From the NCBI RefSeq assembly GCF_009914755.1, contig NC_060925.1: a DNA stretch of 64,000 nt. One strand, 5' to 3'. Origin of the DNA: the human T2T-CHM13v2.0 reference genome, Homo sapiens. The position numbers and the translations under genes are program-made. The notes under the pieces are model-generated. The model made no database searches. It worked only from the letters and a program-made list of their open reading frames with translations, and was not told the origin of the DNA. Position 1 is the first letter of the stretch. Each line of letters begins with the position of its first letter. Shown here piece by piece: positions 39,085 to 51,559 of the stretch.

Positions 39085-39230
39085 GCTATGTCAATATGCA
39101 GAGGATTCCTTACACCATATAAAAAAATCAACTCAAGATGTATTAAAGACTTAAAAGTAAACCTAAATCTAACATTGAGATTGTTCACAGAACTAGAAAA
39201 ACCTATTTTAAAATTCACGTGGAACCAAAA
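39085..39230 (+). mobile_element. Two short L1P ORF2 fragments in permuted order
   Basis: ttccttacaccatataaaaaaatcaactcaagatg (FLTPYTKINSR-like) precedes ttcacagaactagaaaaacctattttaaaattcacgtggaaccaaaa (FTELEKTTLKFIWNQK-like). Confidence 0.75.
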
Positions 39231-39689
39231 TGTCTGATCCACCAAAACCATGTGGATCAGACATTTTGTCTCATCTCCTGTATCTATCCTCTGAACATCT
39301 GTTGAGTTTCCAAACTCCTAACATCTAGTGAGAACATTACTTACTTATGCTGTAGTCTGCCACTGGTGTTTCGATCCTCTCCAATATTCTCTACTCCTCT
39401 TGCATTTTCTTTTCTAACTTAGGACTTTTTTATTTCTCTTTCTTTTACCATGAAAGTCTACCTACTGCTGTTTTCCATACATTTTCTTATATGTAGCTTT
39501 CTCTCTTTCTCCCATCTTACCTATTATTAAAATTATACTTTCTTATATTTCTGAAATGCTAAGGTATGTGTGAAAAATCATTGATTCAACTTATGCTAAA
39601 AGTGAAATTTAGTACTATTTATTACATGGATTTTATGGTCTCGCATTGAAAAGAATCTTTACCCCAAGTTGTTTAAAAAAACTCATAAA

Positions 39690-40560
39690 TTTCATAGGGA
39701 TTAAGTATCTGAATTAAAATTAAATAATGAAAATAGATGAAAATTTGGGGATATGTCCCTAACCTTTGGATTAGGAGAAGGCTTTTTAATTAGAAAAGAA
39801 ACTGTTAAGCAATAACAAACAAGATAAATAGATTAGAGTAATAAAAATTAAAAAGTTCTGAATGACCAAATATTAATGAAGTAAAAAAAAATTGAATGAA
39901 AGCATGACAGCATGTGATAAACTATGCCTAATAAAGAGCCCCTCAATAGCCATAATATCCAATAGAGAAATGAGTAAAGCAAGCAAAATATTCACAGAAA
40001 AGGAAATATAAATGGACAATGAATATAAGGAAAGATGCTCAACCCACCAGGAGTTAGGGTAATAAAAACTAAAACAAGAAGCTAGTATTTTTTTGTCCAT
40101 AAGATTAACATAAATAAGATTAATAAAATCCAGGTGAGTGGGTGTATCACAAAACAGGCTTTCTCTTATATCCTTGTTAGGAATGTGAATTATATGACCC
40201 TTTCAGAAAGCAATCTGCCAGGATTTACTAAAATCAAACATAAGCAAATACTTAAGGAAATCTAGCCTAAAGATACAGAAATATCAGTACACAAAACAAT
40301 AAATTGGCATACCATAAACTTTCATATTGCTATTAACAATAATAAGTTATTCATACACGTATTGACTTTTTAGGATACTTAATATGTGCACAGTTAAACT
40401 GAAAAAAATAATTTCAAGAGTAACATGAATTATATGCTTACATATTTGTAAAAAATTACATAAATATTTGTATGTAAGTTTATGTAATGGAAAGATACAC
40501 TGAACTGTGGAAATGGAGAATTTTTAACTTTTTCCTTCCAAACAATTTGTTACATTTTCA
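39690..40560 (+). mobile_element. Old L1ME-type ORF2/3' fragments
   Basis: aaaatattcacagaaaaggaaatataaatggacaatgaatataaggaaagatgctcaacc. Confidence 0.65.
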
Positions 40561-40716
40561 ATGTAATTGGAACACTGATAGGATATGGCTATAGTCGTAA
40601 ATGTCCTTTTTAAGATTCCTTTACATTCTAAAATAGTTACAGAGACATTTGTTTTATGTTCCTCTTTCATTAGGTTTTTGAAGCTGCATTAATAAAGTGT
40701 GAAGGTAACAAATTAC

Positions 40717-40956
40717 CTCATACTGTCATGAGTGGGAGCTAAATGATGAGAACACATGGACACATAGTGGGGAAAAACAAACACTGGGGCCTATTGAAGG
40801 GTGGAGCATGGGAGGAGAAAGAGGATCAGGAAAAATAAATAATGTGCTAGGTTTAATACCTGGGTGATGAAATAACGTGTACGACGAACCCCCATGACAT
40901 AAGTTTATCTGTGTAACAAACCTTCACATGTACCCCTTATTTAAAAGTTAGAAAAC
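40717..40956 (+). mobile_element. 5'-truncated L1PA 3' end
   Basis: gtgggagctaaatgatgagaacacatggacacata…tacctgggtgatgaaataa…gtaacaaaccttcacatgtacccc. Confidence 0.88.
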
Positions 40957-41066
40957 ATACATTCAAGAGAAAAAAAAGAGGATTATCTCATTAAATAGAA
41001 AACAAAGAAAAGTAGTAAACACACTCAGTAAACAGCCTATGTTACATGATAAGCTGAACAACTCGC

Positions 41067-41303
41067 CTTGTTTATCCTCTTCCAGTTCACTCTCAGAGCA
41101 TCCATCATTCTCATCTTTCACATTGTCACGGGCATCTGGTGCCTTCTGTGATGAGGTTTCACTCTCTTTTTCAGGGTCTAAATTATCTTTTTTATCATCC
41201 AAAGGTGACTGCGGTATTCCATTCATTTGAACATCAGCCTGTCCTTCTTCATTAGATTTTTCACCTTGTTTCTCCTCATCTACTTCAAAGTCTTCTTCAT
41301 ACT
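41067..41303 (-). CDS. ERICH3: ERICH3 coding exon (exon 11), 237 nt, acidic, followed by a GC-AG intron
   Basis: ttttcctatttcag|AG TAT GAA GAA GAC TTT…GAT AAA CAA G|gcgagt. Joins in frame to the next exon (Q-D-M-K-T). Overlaps ORF 40963..41226. Confidence 0.92.
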
Positions 41304-43119
41304 CTGAAATAGGAAAATCTCCACTATAAGAATGAAAATAGAACCCCTTATACTTAACCTATTTCTCTCTAATGAGAACTTTGACTCCATTATCCTCTCT
41401 TCTCTGAGCCTTTCTTTGCTTCTTCTTTTTCGTTCAATTAGTGAACATGGAAAACTAACAGCAAATGATCAAAGATTCCAATCAGTTACATACACAAGAG
41501 CACAAAAGAAATGAAGCTCCAAATGACAAGGCTGAAACCTAATAAAAGTTCATTTACAAATGAACATCATCATCTAAAATAACCAAAATGGAAAGAGAAG
41601 AACTTGATATAAAACAATAAATTAGAAATAAATTAAAAATGAAGAGAACAGGATTATAATAATGAAAGTTAATTTGGAGATCCAGTGAGGTCATATTTCA
41701 TATGAAAAATGTTCAAAATATTTGGATATCAACTTAATGAATAGTGAAGTGGAAAAATTCAATTAATCAAGTCCAAGAGCCCTGAGAAGTAACACTGTGA
41801 ATAGCACATTATTTAAGAAACAAATGGACATCAAGAAAAGGCATTATGAAGGATTCTATATGTAGGCCAGAAATGAAATCATATGCATTATTCATTCCTA
41901 CAATAAATGAAATAATTACATTTCAATGATAAAAATTTACACAAAATAGAATATTCCTGTCACAGCCACATATTTGCTTTATTCCCTGCAGAGGTGCTAT
42001 AAATCTGTAGCAGGAAAAGGAAATTGTCACATCAGATAAACTCCAGCTGTCCCTCGTGGTTATAATTTTTCACCTTTCATATTTAACTGTTCCCCTTTTT
42101 CTTCCACCAAAAACTAAAAATCTTGAAGTGACAACATGCCAAGGATAGAGAGCAAAAGGATCTCATGCAGAACCAATTAAGCAAATAAACAATTATCCTT
42201 AAAGTAAAAATTACCGAGAGAATAAATGTTTCTCAATTTTGTGTGTTTTAGTTATTAACTATTCTGGCTTCTCTGTGGGGGAGGGGGGCCTCTCGGGTAA
42301 TTTACTTGAGAGCTGTCCACCCAGTGAAAGAAACTTAATCTAGAAATGTATACCCTGTGCATATGCAGAAAGCTCTGTAAATACAGAGGATGAGGGAGAT
42401 GTAAGGGGAAAAGTGAAATCAAAACCTATAACAAAGAAAATTAGATAATCACAAAAATGTTTCCACAAAAGAAATTTAATACATTTAAATATAAAATATG
42501 AATATCAGTAAACCAAAATTGTAAAATAAGCAAGAAGATGAAGAATTTGCTTTATGTTGCTAGACACAAACAGAAACTACTAATAAAAACGAGTAAATAT
42601 TTTGATCCAAGTATTGCCGGCCAAGTTATAGGATAATTCCTCACCTGACCCTGTTAACTATCAATCAATAAGCCTATTTTTTGAGAATCTTCTATGATTA
42701 AGAGGATAAAATTGCAAGACAGAAGACATTACAATAAGACAATCCCGGCCATGAAAGACTCTCCAATTTTTATTGAGGAAAGAAGATGTAGGTACACAAG
42801 AAATACTGTACTCACTTTGTAGTAGTTTTTAATATGTGATCCTCAGTAATGTTTTTCAACACAATGGGGCTGGGTTGCTATAGATTTTTAGATAGGACAT
42901 ATAATTAATTATGTGAAGTAGTGTCAAGTAAGCAGAATGTAATGAAAGGAGGATGGAAAGTCATTTTAGGGACTCATGGAAGACTTCCCAAAAGAGGAAG
43001 GTAAGGTTAGCTACAGAATACACATACATATATCACACTACAGGAGTTTGCTACTGACCATAAGATAAGCAGAGGGCCAGAGAGAATATGAGTGGATTGC
43101 TGCAATTCCATCCATAGTG

Positions 43120-43350
43120 TTACATAGTAGTGAAATGTCAAGGTTTGGGAATCAGGCATTCATGTGCCCAAGACCCAGTTAAAACACTTACTGACTATGT
43201 GACCGTGGGCAATTTGTCTTTAAGCTTCAGTTTCTCCATCTGTAACATGGGTAATACAACGCTATGGTGAGTATTGAGAACAATAATCCCTGGAACATGC
43301 TTAGCACAGTGCCATGAATATCAGGGGCATAATAAATATTATGGATTAGT
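43120..43350 (+). mobile_element. MIR
   Basis: cacttactgactatgtgaccgtgggcaa…cttcagtttctccatctgtaacatggg. Confidence 0.8.
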
Positions 43351-44639
43351 AGTAATCGTCCTTGTGATTGGGTAGTGAAGGGAGTAGATTATAGAACAGG
43401 AGAAATCACACACGATATGTACTCCTTTGACAGCAACACACTTTAGTGGAGGCACCTGATTAAAATCAGAGCAGTACAAGTGTCCACAATTAGGACACAA
43501 TTACAGTTATATAATTGAGGCACAGCACAAAAGTGAAGGAACACGAAGTGAACCACAAGAACAGTCCCAGCATCGTATTTTGTGTTTTCTCTCAAATATG
43601 AAAGTCAAGGCTGCCCTGGCTTTATTCTATCCCTGCTATCATCACATTTAAGTATTAGCTTTCTGTTAACCACAAACCTTCCAAACTGTCATTATAGCTC
43701 AAAGCACACCACCTTTGTGTCATCTACTCATGTTTTTGATACGAATAAACCAGCGACATGCTTTCTAAAATCTTTTACATAATTTCTTCTGTTCTCCCAT
43801 CCCATTTGCCTTCTTCTAGAGAATTTAATTAGCTTGTTGTTTACCATCCCCACTAATGAGGACGTGAGTCAACACGGGGTCAACATCAATCTAGCCACAA
43901 CCTTCTCTTGCTGACCTTGATTCAAACTTCTTGCTGTCCTTACATCAGCGACTATTATGCAGAGAGCTAAACCCTTGCGGCTGTGGCTGCATTTTTAAAA
44001 AAGGAAATGGACATTTAAAGTCCATTAACTAGCCAACACAGAAGAAAGAATTCAGCAAAAGCTTTATCATAGGTATCATGAGTATAAAGTACATCACTCA
44101 TAGCACTAGTTATGTTGGTTTAAGAAAAAAAAAGAAAATGAAAAGCTTTCATTGAACATGACTTTCATAAACCACCATGCTTCAAAGTTAAAACACATGA
44201 AAACACATCCTATTTGTTCATACCTCTGTGATTACTATTGCTGCAGATATATTAAAATTCTCATCCCAAGATAAGACAAAGACTAGAAGAGATTGTGAAG
44301 AATGGTGAGCTGGTAAAAGTGCTCTAAGTGAAATCTTTTGTAAAAGATTCACTTTAGTCAGTAATAATCAAACATGAAGTCTAGTGCTATAACAGCCCTG
44401 TAATTATTCTCTTGGATTTCTGAAACATTGGGCAGCAAAAATATGAGGTGGGGAAGAAGATACCTAGAAGTTGTCCCTTTCCCGAAGCCAGCCCTTCCAC
44501 AGGTACCCCAACCCATGGTTATTGTGCCCCCTATCCAAGCTTTGTCTCTTGAGTATGAGGGACACAAAGCAGCTCTCCCTTTCTGATACTTTGGACACAC
44601 TATCCACAACCATTTAGTGGGTAGGCTAACTTGTACAGA

Positions 44640-44865
44640 ATAGAAGGTTGTATAGTGTTTGAAAGATTGAGCTTTGGAATTAGACAAACCTGGGTGCAAA
44701 TTCTTATTCTGCTACTTTCTTTTTGTGTATCTGAGCCTCAATTTCCCAGCCTGTAAAATTGAAGTAGTAATAATACCTACCATGTTGAATGGTGAGGATA
44801 AAATGAGACAGTGTGTGCACAGTGCCTAGTTTGGTGCTCAGTGCTTGGCACTTTCATTATTGTTG
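44640..44865 (+). mobile_element. MIR
   Basis: ctttggaattagacaaacctgggtgcaaatt…ctgagcctcaatttcccagcctgtaaaattg. Confidence 0.8.
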
Positions 44866-44974
44866 TTATTGCTGCTTTAGGTATAAGCATATACAGGCAT
44901 ACCTATATACACATGTAAGTATATACAAGCATACCTAGATCTGTGAATGTATACCTATATATATATTCGATATA

Positions 44975-47337
44975 CAGGTATACCTCAGGGATATTGCAGG
45001 TTCAGTTCCAGGCCATTGCAATAAAGATAGTGATATAAATTTTTTGGTTTCCCAGTGCATCCAAAATTATGTTTCTACTATGCTGCTGTCTGTTGAATAT
45101 ACAATAGCATTATATCTAAAAACCCAATGTATACACCTTAACTAAAATCACTTTATTGATAAAAGATGCTAACAATCATCTGAGCCTTAACTGGTCATCG
45201 TCTTTTTGCTGGTGGAGGATATTCCCTTGATGTTAGTGGCTCCTGACTGATCGGGGTGGTGGTTGCTGATGGCTGGGGTGGCTATGGAAATTTCTTAAAA
45301 TAAGACAACAATAAAGTTTGCCACATCTATTGACTCTTCCTTTCACGAAGATTTATCTGTAGCATGCAATGCTGTTTAACAGCATTTACACACAGTAAAA
45401 CCTCTTTTAAAATTGGGCTCAATCCTCTCAAATCCTGCCACTCCTTTATCAACTAATACATTTTATACATATTCTAAATTCTTTGTTGTCATTTCAACAA
45501 TGTTCATGGCATCTTCAGCAAGAGTAGATTTCATCTCAGGAAACTTCTTTCTCTGTTCATCCCTAAGAAGCAACTCCTTATCTATTCAAGTTTTATAATG
45601 AGATTGCAAAAATTCAATCTCATCTTAGGCCCCACTTCTAATTCTCTTGCTATTTCTACCACATCTGCAATTACTTCCTCCACCAAAGGCTTGAACTCCT
45701 CAAAGCCACCTGTGAGGAATAAAATCACCTTCTTTCAAACTCCTGTTCATGTTGATATTTTTACCTCCTTCCATGAATCATGAATGTTCTTAATGGCATC
45801 TAGAATTGTGAATCCTTTCCAGAAAGTTCCCAATTGAATTTGCCCTGATCCATCAGAGGAATCACTATATATGGCAGCTATAGCCTTACAAAATATATTC
45901 CTTAAAGAATAAGATCTAAAATTACTCCTTGATCCATAAGGATAACAACAGAATGGATGTTGTGTTAGCAGGCGTGAAAACAACATTATCGCACTGCACA
46001 TCTTCATCAAAGTTCTTGAGTGACCAGGTACATTGTCAATGAGTGGTAAGATGTTGAAAGAAATCTTTTTCCCTGAGCAGTAGGTCTCAACAGTGGGCTG
46101 AAAATACTCTGCAAACCATGCTGTAAATAGATGTGCTGTCATCCAGGCTTTGTTTGTTTCATTTATAGAGCAGAAGCAGATAAAATTTAGCATAAGGCTT
46201 AAGGGCCCTAGGATTTTTTGAATGCTAAATGAGCATTGGCTTCATCATGAACTCACCAGCTGCATTAACCCATAAAAGAAGAGTCAGCCTATCCTTTGAA
46301 GCTTTGAAGTCAGGTGTTGACTTCTCCTTTCTAGCTATGAATGTCCTAGATGGCATCTTTTTCCAATGTAAGGCTTTTTCATCTACACTGAAGACCTGCT
46401 GTTTAATGTAGCTACATTTATAAATGATCTTCGCTAGGTCTTCTGGATAAAATTGCAGCAGCTCCTACATAAGCACTTGCTACTTCACCTTGCAATTTCA
46501 TGCTATGGAAATGACTTCTTTCTTTAACCCTCACGAACCAACCTCTGCTAGCTTCATACTTTTCTCCTGCACCTTCTTCACCTCTCTCAGCCTTCATAGA
46601 ATTGAAGAGAATTAGGGCCTTGCTCTGACTTAAGCTTTGGCTTATGAGAATGTTGTGGCTAGTTAGATCTTCTATCGAGACCGCTAAAATACTCTATATA
46701 TCAGCAATAACGATTTCTTTTTTATCATGCACATGTTCACTTGAAGTAGCACTCTTAACTTCCTTCAGGAACTTTTCTTTTGCATTCACAACTTGGCTAA
46801 CTGCTTGGCACAAGTGGCCTAGCTTTTAGCCTGTCTTGGCTTTTGATATGCCTTCCTCACTAAGCCTAATCGTTTTTTTTTTATTTAAAGTGAAAAACAT
46901 GAGACTCTTCCTTTCACTTGAACATTTAGAGTGTATTATGTAGGGTTATTAATTAACCTAATTTCAATACTGTTGTGGGTTAGGGAACAGAGAAGACCAA
47001 GCAGAGGGAGAGAGACTGGAGAACAGCTGGTCAGTGGAGCAGTCAGAAAATTGATTAACTTCACTTTCTTACATGGTACAGCTCATGGCACCCCAAAACA
47101 ATTGCAATAGTAACAACACAGATCACTGATCACAGATCACCATGACAGATATCATAATAATGAAAAAGTTAGAAATATTGAGAAAATTTGAAACAGAGAT
47201 GAAGTGAGCACATGCTGTTGGAAAAATGATGCTGATAGACTTTGGTGCAGGGTTGCCACAAACTTTTAATTTATAAAAAGTGCTATATTTGCAAAGCTTG
47301 CACAATAAAGTGAGCACAATAAAATGAGATGTGCCTG
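44975..47337 (-). mobile_element. Near full-length Tigger1 DNA transposon (~2.36 kb) with decayed pogo-type transposase
   Basis: Terminal inverted repeats CAGGTATACCTC… and …GAGATGTGCCTG, with TA at 44973-44974. ORF 45747..46193 contains NKAWMTAHLFTAWF…ILPLIDNVPGH (DDE_1-type catalytic core), and the frame is broken elsewhere. Confidence 0.93.
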
Positions 47338-47420
47338 CATATATATGTGTGTATGTATATATATGAATGCGCGTGTGTCTGTGTGTGTGTGTGGGTGGGT
47401 GGGTGGGTGTATGTGTATGG
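47338..47420. repeat. Mixed (TA)/(TG)/(GGGT) microsatellite abutting the Tigger1 end
   Basis: atatatgtgtgtatg…gtgtgtgtgtgtgggtgggtgggtgggtgt. Confidence 0.85.
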
Positions 47421-47971
47421 AGAGAGGGAGACAGAGAAGCAGTGGAAGGCAGGAGAGAGGAAGGAGAGAACAGAGAAAAAAGAAGAAAGCAAAAGAAAAA
47501 AAGCAGACAGATAGGTTCCACAACCCTAAGCCTATAGTCAACTGCCTTTAGTTATGGCATACTCTATCACCATATAATCATATAGGTTGTACCTACCTGA
47601 TGTCAAAGCAATTCATCAATTTCATGAAAAACAGTACATTCAAAAACTTTTAAAATAGGTAAAATTCTATTTGGTGAAAATGGTCTCTGCAGAAGTCAAT
47701 AGAGTCTCTAACTCACATTGACATATACTCATTCTCTCTCCTCATCTCTGCAGCCAGAACCTTTAACCTTTCTGGGGCTAGGTCTGCCTTCCTCTAAGGT
47801 AGGTGACACAGGACTCCATACAAAACAGCAAAGGAAGGAGGTCAGGGGCACCCCACATGTAACACAGCTGGGTAACATTTAATGGGTATTTTTGAAAATT
47901 TTGATCATCACATTTCAAAGACAAACGAAACAGCCACAGCTACAACAAAAGAAACTTGTGTTGTTGATTAC

Positions 47972-48273
47972 CATATTTTAAAGTATTTTCCTGGTCGTCT
48001 TCCAAGACTTCTTGTCCTGGTTTTCCTTTACTTGTCATTTCCTCCACAGCAGTTACCACTTCTTTGAGCCCTGTTTTTATTTCTTGAGCTGAAAATTTGG
48101 CTGAAACAGAGGTTTTGTTCTCCTTGATCTCATTTCTTTTTGGTATCACATACTCTCTCTCTTTCCTCACTTTCCCCTCAGCCTTCTTCAGTTCCTCTCC
48201 TTTCTCAGTGCTCTTTTCTTTCCTAGATTTCGGCAAAGACGGTTTTTTGTCAAGGCCCATTGCAATAATGCAC
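47972..48273 (-). CDS. ERICH3: ERICH3 coding exon (exon 10), 302 nt, K/E-rich
   Basis: tttttcatag|G TGC ATT ATT GCA ATG…AAA TAT G|gtaatc. Contains most of ORF 47940..48260 (MGLDKKPSLPKSRKEK…ENTLKY). Phase 2 in, phase 1 out. Confidence 0.94.
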
Positions 48274-49224
48274 CTATGAAAAATATTAGCAGGAAGTGTT
48301 TGTTAACCCTTGTAGACAGCACAATGGAACCTCAAAGCTTTTGAAAGCACTTATCTCTTATTCCAGTAAAAAAAGACACAAAAATGTTTTGATTACAGTA
48401 CACACTAATAAAAATAAACAATTAAAAAAGCTAATTAAAAATAAACTATTCTTTTTTGATACTAAAATCTTGTAAACAAACAACAAATTCTTAATAACGT
48501 TATCCACAATAATAAACAAAATAAAATAACTCGTCAACCAAGAACTATAGTTTCAAACTAAAATCTGTGTCTTCAAGTATATTTTTGGTCCTGAACAGTA
48601 ACACATATCATAGATACAGAAATATAGGTGGGTATATAATTTTTCATACATAAAGACATATCTCAAGTCCTTAAATGAGAATTTTGTGATAATAGAACAT
48701 GCAGATTTACAAACATAGAGAAGCTGATATAAAAATGGTCAGAAGAAGCAAGATGCCATTCAGTCTGATAAGTTATATTTTAACAACACAACAACAGTAA
48801 CAAAAGACTTACAAGATTGGCTCTAAATAAATATGATTGATTTTTTAAAGAAATATATACAGTCAAATGTTGCTGCATCTTTTAAGTGAATAACTCAGGA
48901 GTTTGTTCACTTATTTTCATAGAACTGTCATTATTGCTTTTAGAATGGCCTTTTGAAGTCTGCACTACAGTCTTCTGGTGATTTTTGCTGGTAATAAGTT
49001 CTTATTCCTCAAAAATGGCAGTAATTTATAGAGGTTATGAAGTCATTCCAAGTCAAATCTGGTGAACCATGCAGATAATCTGAATGCATTATGACATTAA
49101 AACTTTTTAAATCAATTATAACAAAAGTAATATGAATAAATTGTCTTCTATAGCTTTCTATTTCTTAAGTTGATATTAAAATAAGAATTCCAATGATAAT
49201 AATATATACATTAATAAAAATGAT

Positions 49225-49480
49225 GATTATGATAATGATAAGATTATTGAGCACTCTCTCTGTGCCAAGCTCTTTTCTGGGTACTCTGTATCCATTATCT
49301 TAAGGAATTCATTACCTCATAGACCAATAAATTAAGAACTATCATCACCACTTTACAAATGAGAAAATCGAGGCTTAAAAGGTTCTAGCAGCTCAAAGTC
49401 ACCCAGTACGTGGGTGATGGAGCTGGATTCTAGCTCAAGACTGCTAGGCTCCATCACATCATACTGAAGCACAACCATAT
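49225..49480 (-). mobile_element. MIR
   Basis: ttattgagcactctctctgtgccaagc…ctttacaaatgagaaaatcgaggcttaaaagg. Confidence 0.8.
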
Positions 49481-51559
49481 TAGTCTATTACAGGTGTAGG
49501 CCTCCAGTTCCTAGTTATGATTTAACTAGTAGAGATGACTAGTTACATAAATGTTACACTTTGAGCTTATCACCAAAGAAAGGACTCACACTCTCTCAGC
49601 AGACACTAATACAATCTGGAGAAGTTTCTGGCAAGACCTGGATAAAATCCATGATCTGAAAAATGTTTCTGGTAGTTATCAGTCTCTTCAGTCTTCTTTC
49701 TCTAGAACTACTCACGTTCCCCTCTCTGCATGTGACACAACTACCAGAGAACTGAATTTATAGTGGGCAGGTGAAAGGGATCAGAAAGCAGTCAAGACTT
49801 GCTAGTCCCAGAAGAATAGAAATAATATGTAAAATCTCAAAAATGCCTCAACCTGAACAAATCCAATGGCAATTACTTAAACTGAAGATTTCACTAAATT
49901 TCAGCCATCTGCAGCGTAGAAATAGCAAAGGAATTGATCTTAATAAATTTTCCCAACAAGCAAATATGAGAACTGAGTTATATCACTTAACTTTTCAATA
50001 TCTCCCCACAAAATAAAGCTAGAAGGATTTGCACTCAAAGTAACTATCAGGCTGTAAAAAATGAGATAATGAGATTATACTTATCTCACCCATATTAAGC
50101 ATGATAAATATTTCTTGACTATAATGATGATGTGCTTAGCACATTGCTTTCCTTGGAGTAAAGGTGTCATGAATCTTCACAAAATGTGATTACTAGCATT
50201 GCCTTCTGTTCAAGCTGTTCTTCCCTTATCAATTGCAACACCAAATCCATTGATTTGGAGCCTCTGATATGTTGTTACTTTTAGTTTATGTTGTGGCTGC
50301 GTAAAGGCTTTGATGCCTCCCTACTGCATGCACAGACTTTTTATTGCCCATCTGCTGAAGGGAATTGGACAAACAAAGTGAGTAACATCTGTGCTCTCCT
50401 CGTCACTGACTACCTATTTGACTTCTGAATATAATTTGAGGTGTTGATTATGATTACTAAAGCTCAAAGCAGTCTGCATTCTACATGGTTAGGCAATTCT
50501 TCCCAAGTTTCATGCTAGCAATTGAAAATTACTACGCCTCTTCAAACAGTTCCTATAATTGAGAGATGAGTACAGTTGTGGAACCTTACACTTTGGAAGT
50601 GACCACTGCTCAGCTTTTCTTGTTTTCTGAGGACCTTAAACAGGTAATTCCTAATCATTTAGAAATATAATTCTATGTTGTTTTATTGTACCATGCCCTC
50701 CTTTTTCTCATCACAAATGTTTCTGGGACTGGTATTTTTTAAATAAATTAAAATTAATTTCATTTTGAATGTATTGGAGGAATTAGTGTACATTGTTTAA
50801 CATAACTAAAAGTATCATTATGGGAGTGACAACAAAGCCAAGGTTACAGAAGGTAATAACCTTTGGGGTAGTTCTCAACTCTCCATGGAGTTCTGCAGTG
50901 TTATGGTCTCTAGAATAACCAGAAAAGTCTCAAGTGAGGAAGAGGACAAACAAACAAGGCTCTAGCACTTACTCACCTAACCCTGTACCATTTAAACCAG
51001 TCTGACTCAACTTTTACCTGACCTGCAACAGGGAGACATCCAATGACAATGCACTGTTCTATTCTGGGCATTCACAGATTTCATTGGAAAAATGGTTATG
51101 AAGTTAACAAAAAAAAATTGAAAACCATTCTTCTATAAGAACTGTGCATTTTAGTTGAGAGTCATAGGCCTTATTCTTTAATATTGTAACCATTTTGATA
51201 TTATTATTTGAAAAGGTTGAAGAAAGAATCTAGAGGGTACCAAGTGTTGAAATCATAGAAATAATTGTACAGAGGCTAGTGGGTGTTGAATAGGAGAGTA
51301 AATGCCATCAGTCAGATTTTGGTACTGATTATTAAACTTCCACAGAAAGTGCTCAGGGCTAATAATTTACAGCTTGGATTTATACCACAACTCCCAAAGA
51401 ATGCAATATATTTGCACATGGCTGATTGTAGATGTTTATTAGCTTTTCTGGGAATTAAATAGAATTGTGTTAAATGACCTGCTCTCAAATCAGGAGACAG
51501 CATATTTGAGTTGGAATAGGAAGGCAGTTCAGGTGGCCCCTAAGTACAGCTGGGCATTG

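Noticed and set aside
45747-46193. 148-aa transposase-like ORF as a domesticated TIGD gene
   Set aside because: It is a fragment of a decayed Tigger1 with frameshifts and stops on both sides, and similarity is lost midway.
47123-47551. Five overlapping ORFs of 61-132 aa
   Set aside because: They are products of the Tigger1 end plus TG/TA/GA microsatellites, which lack stops.
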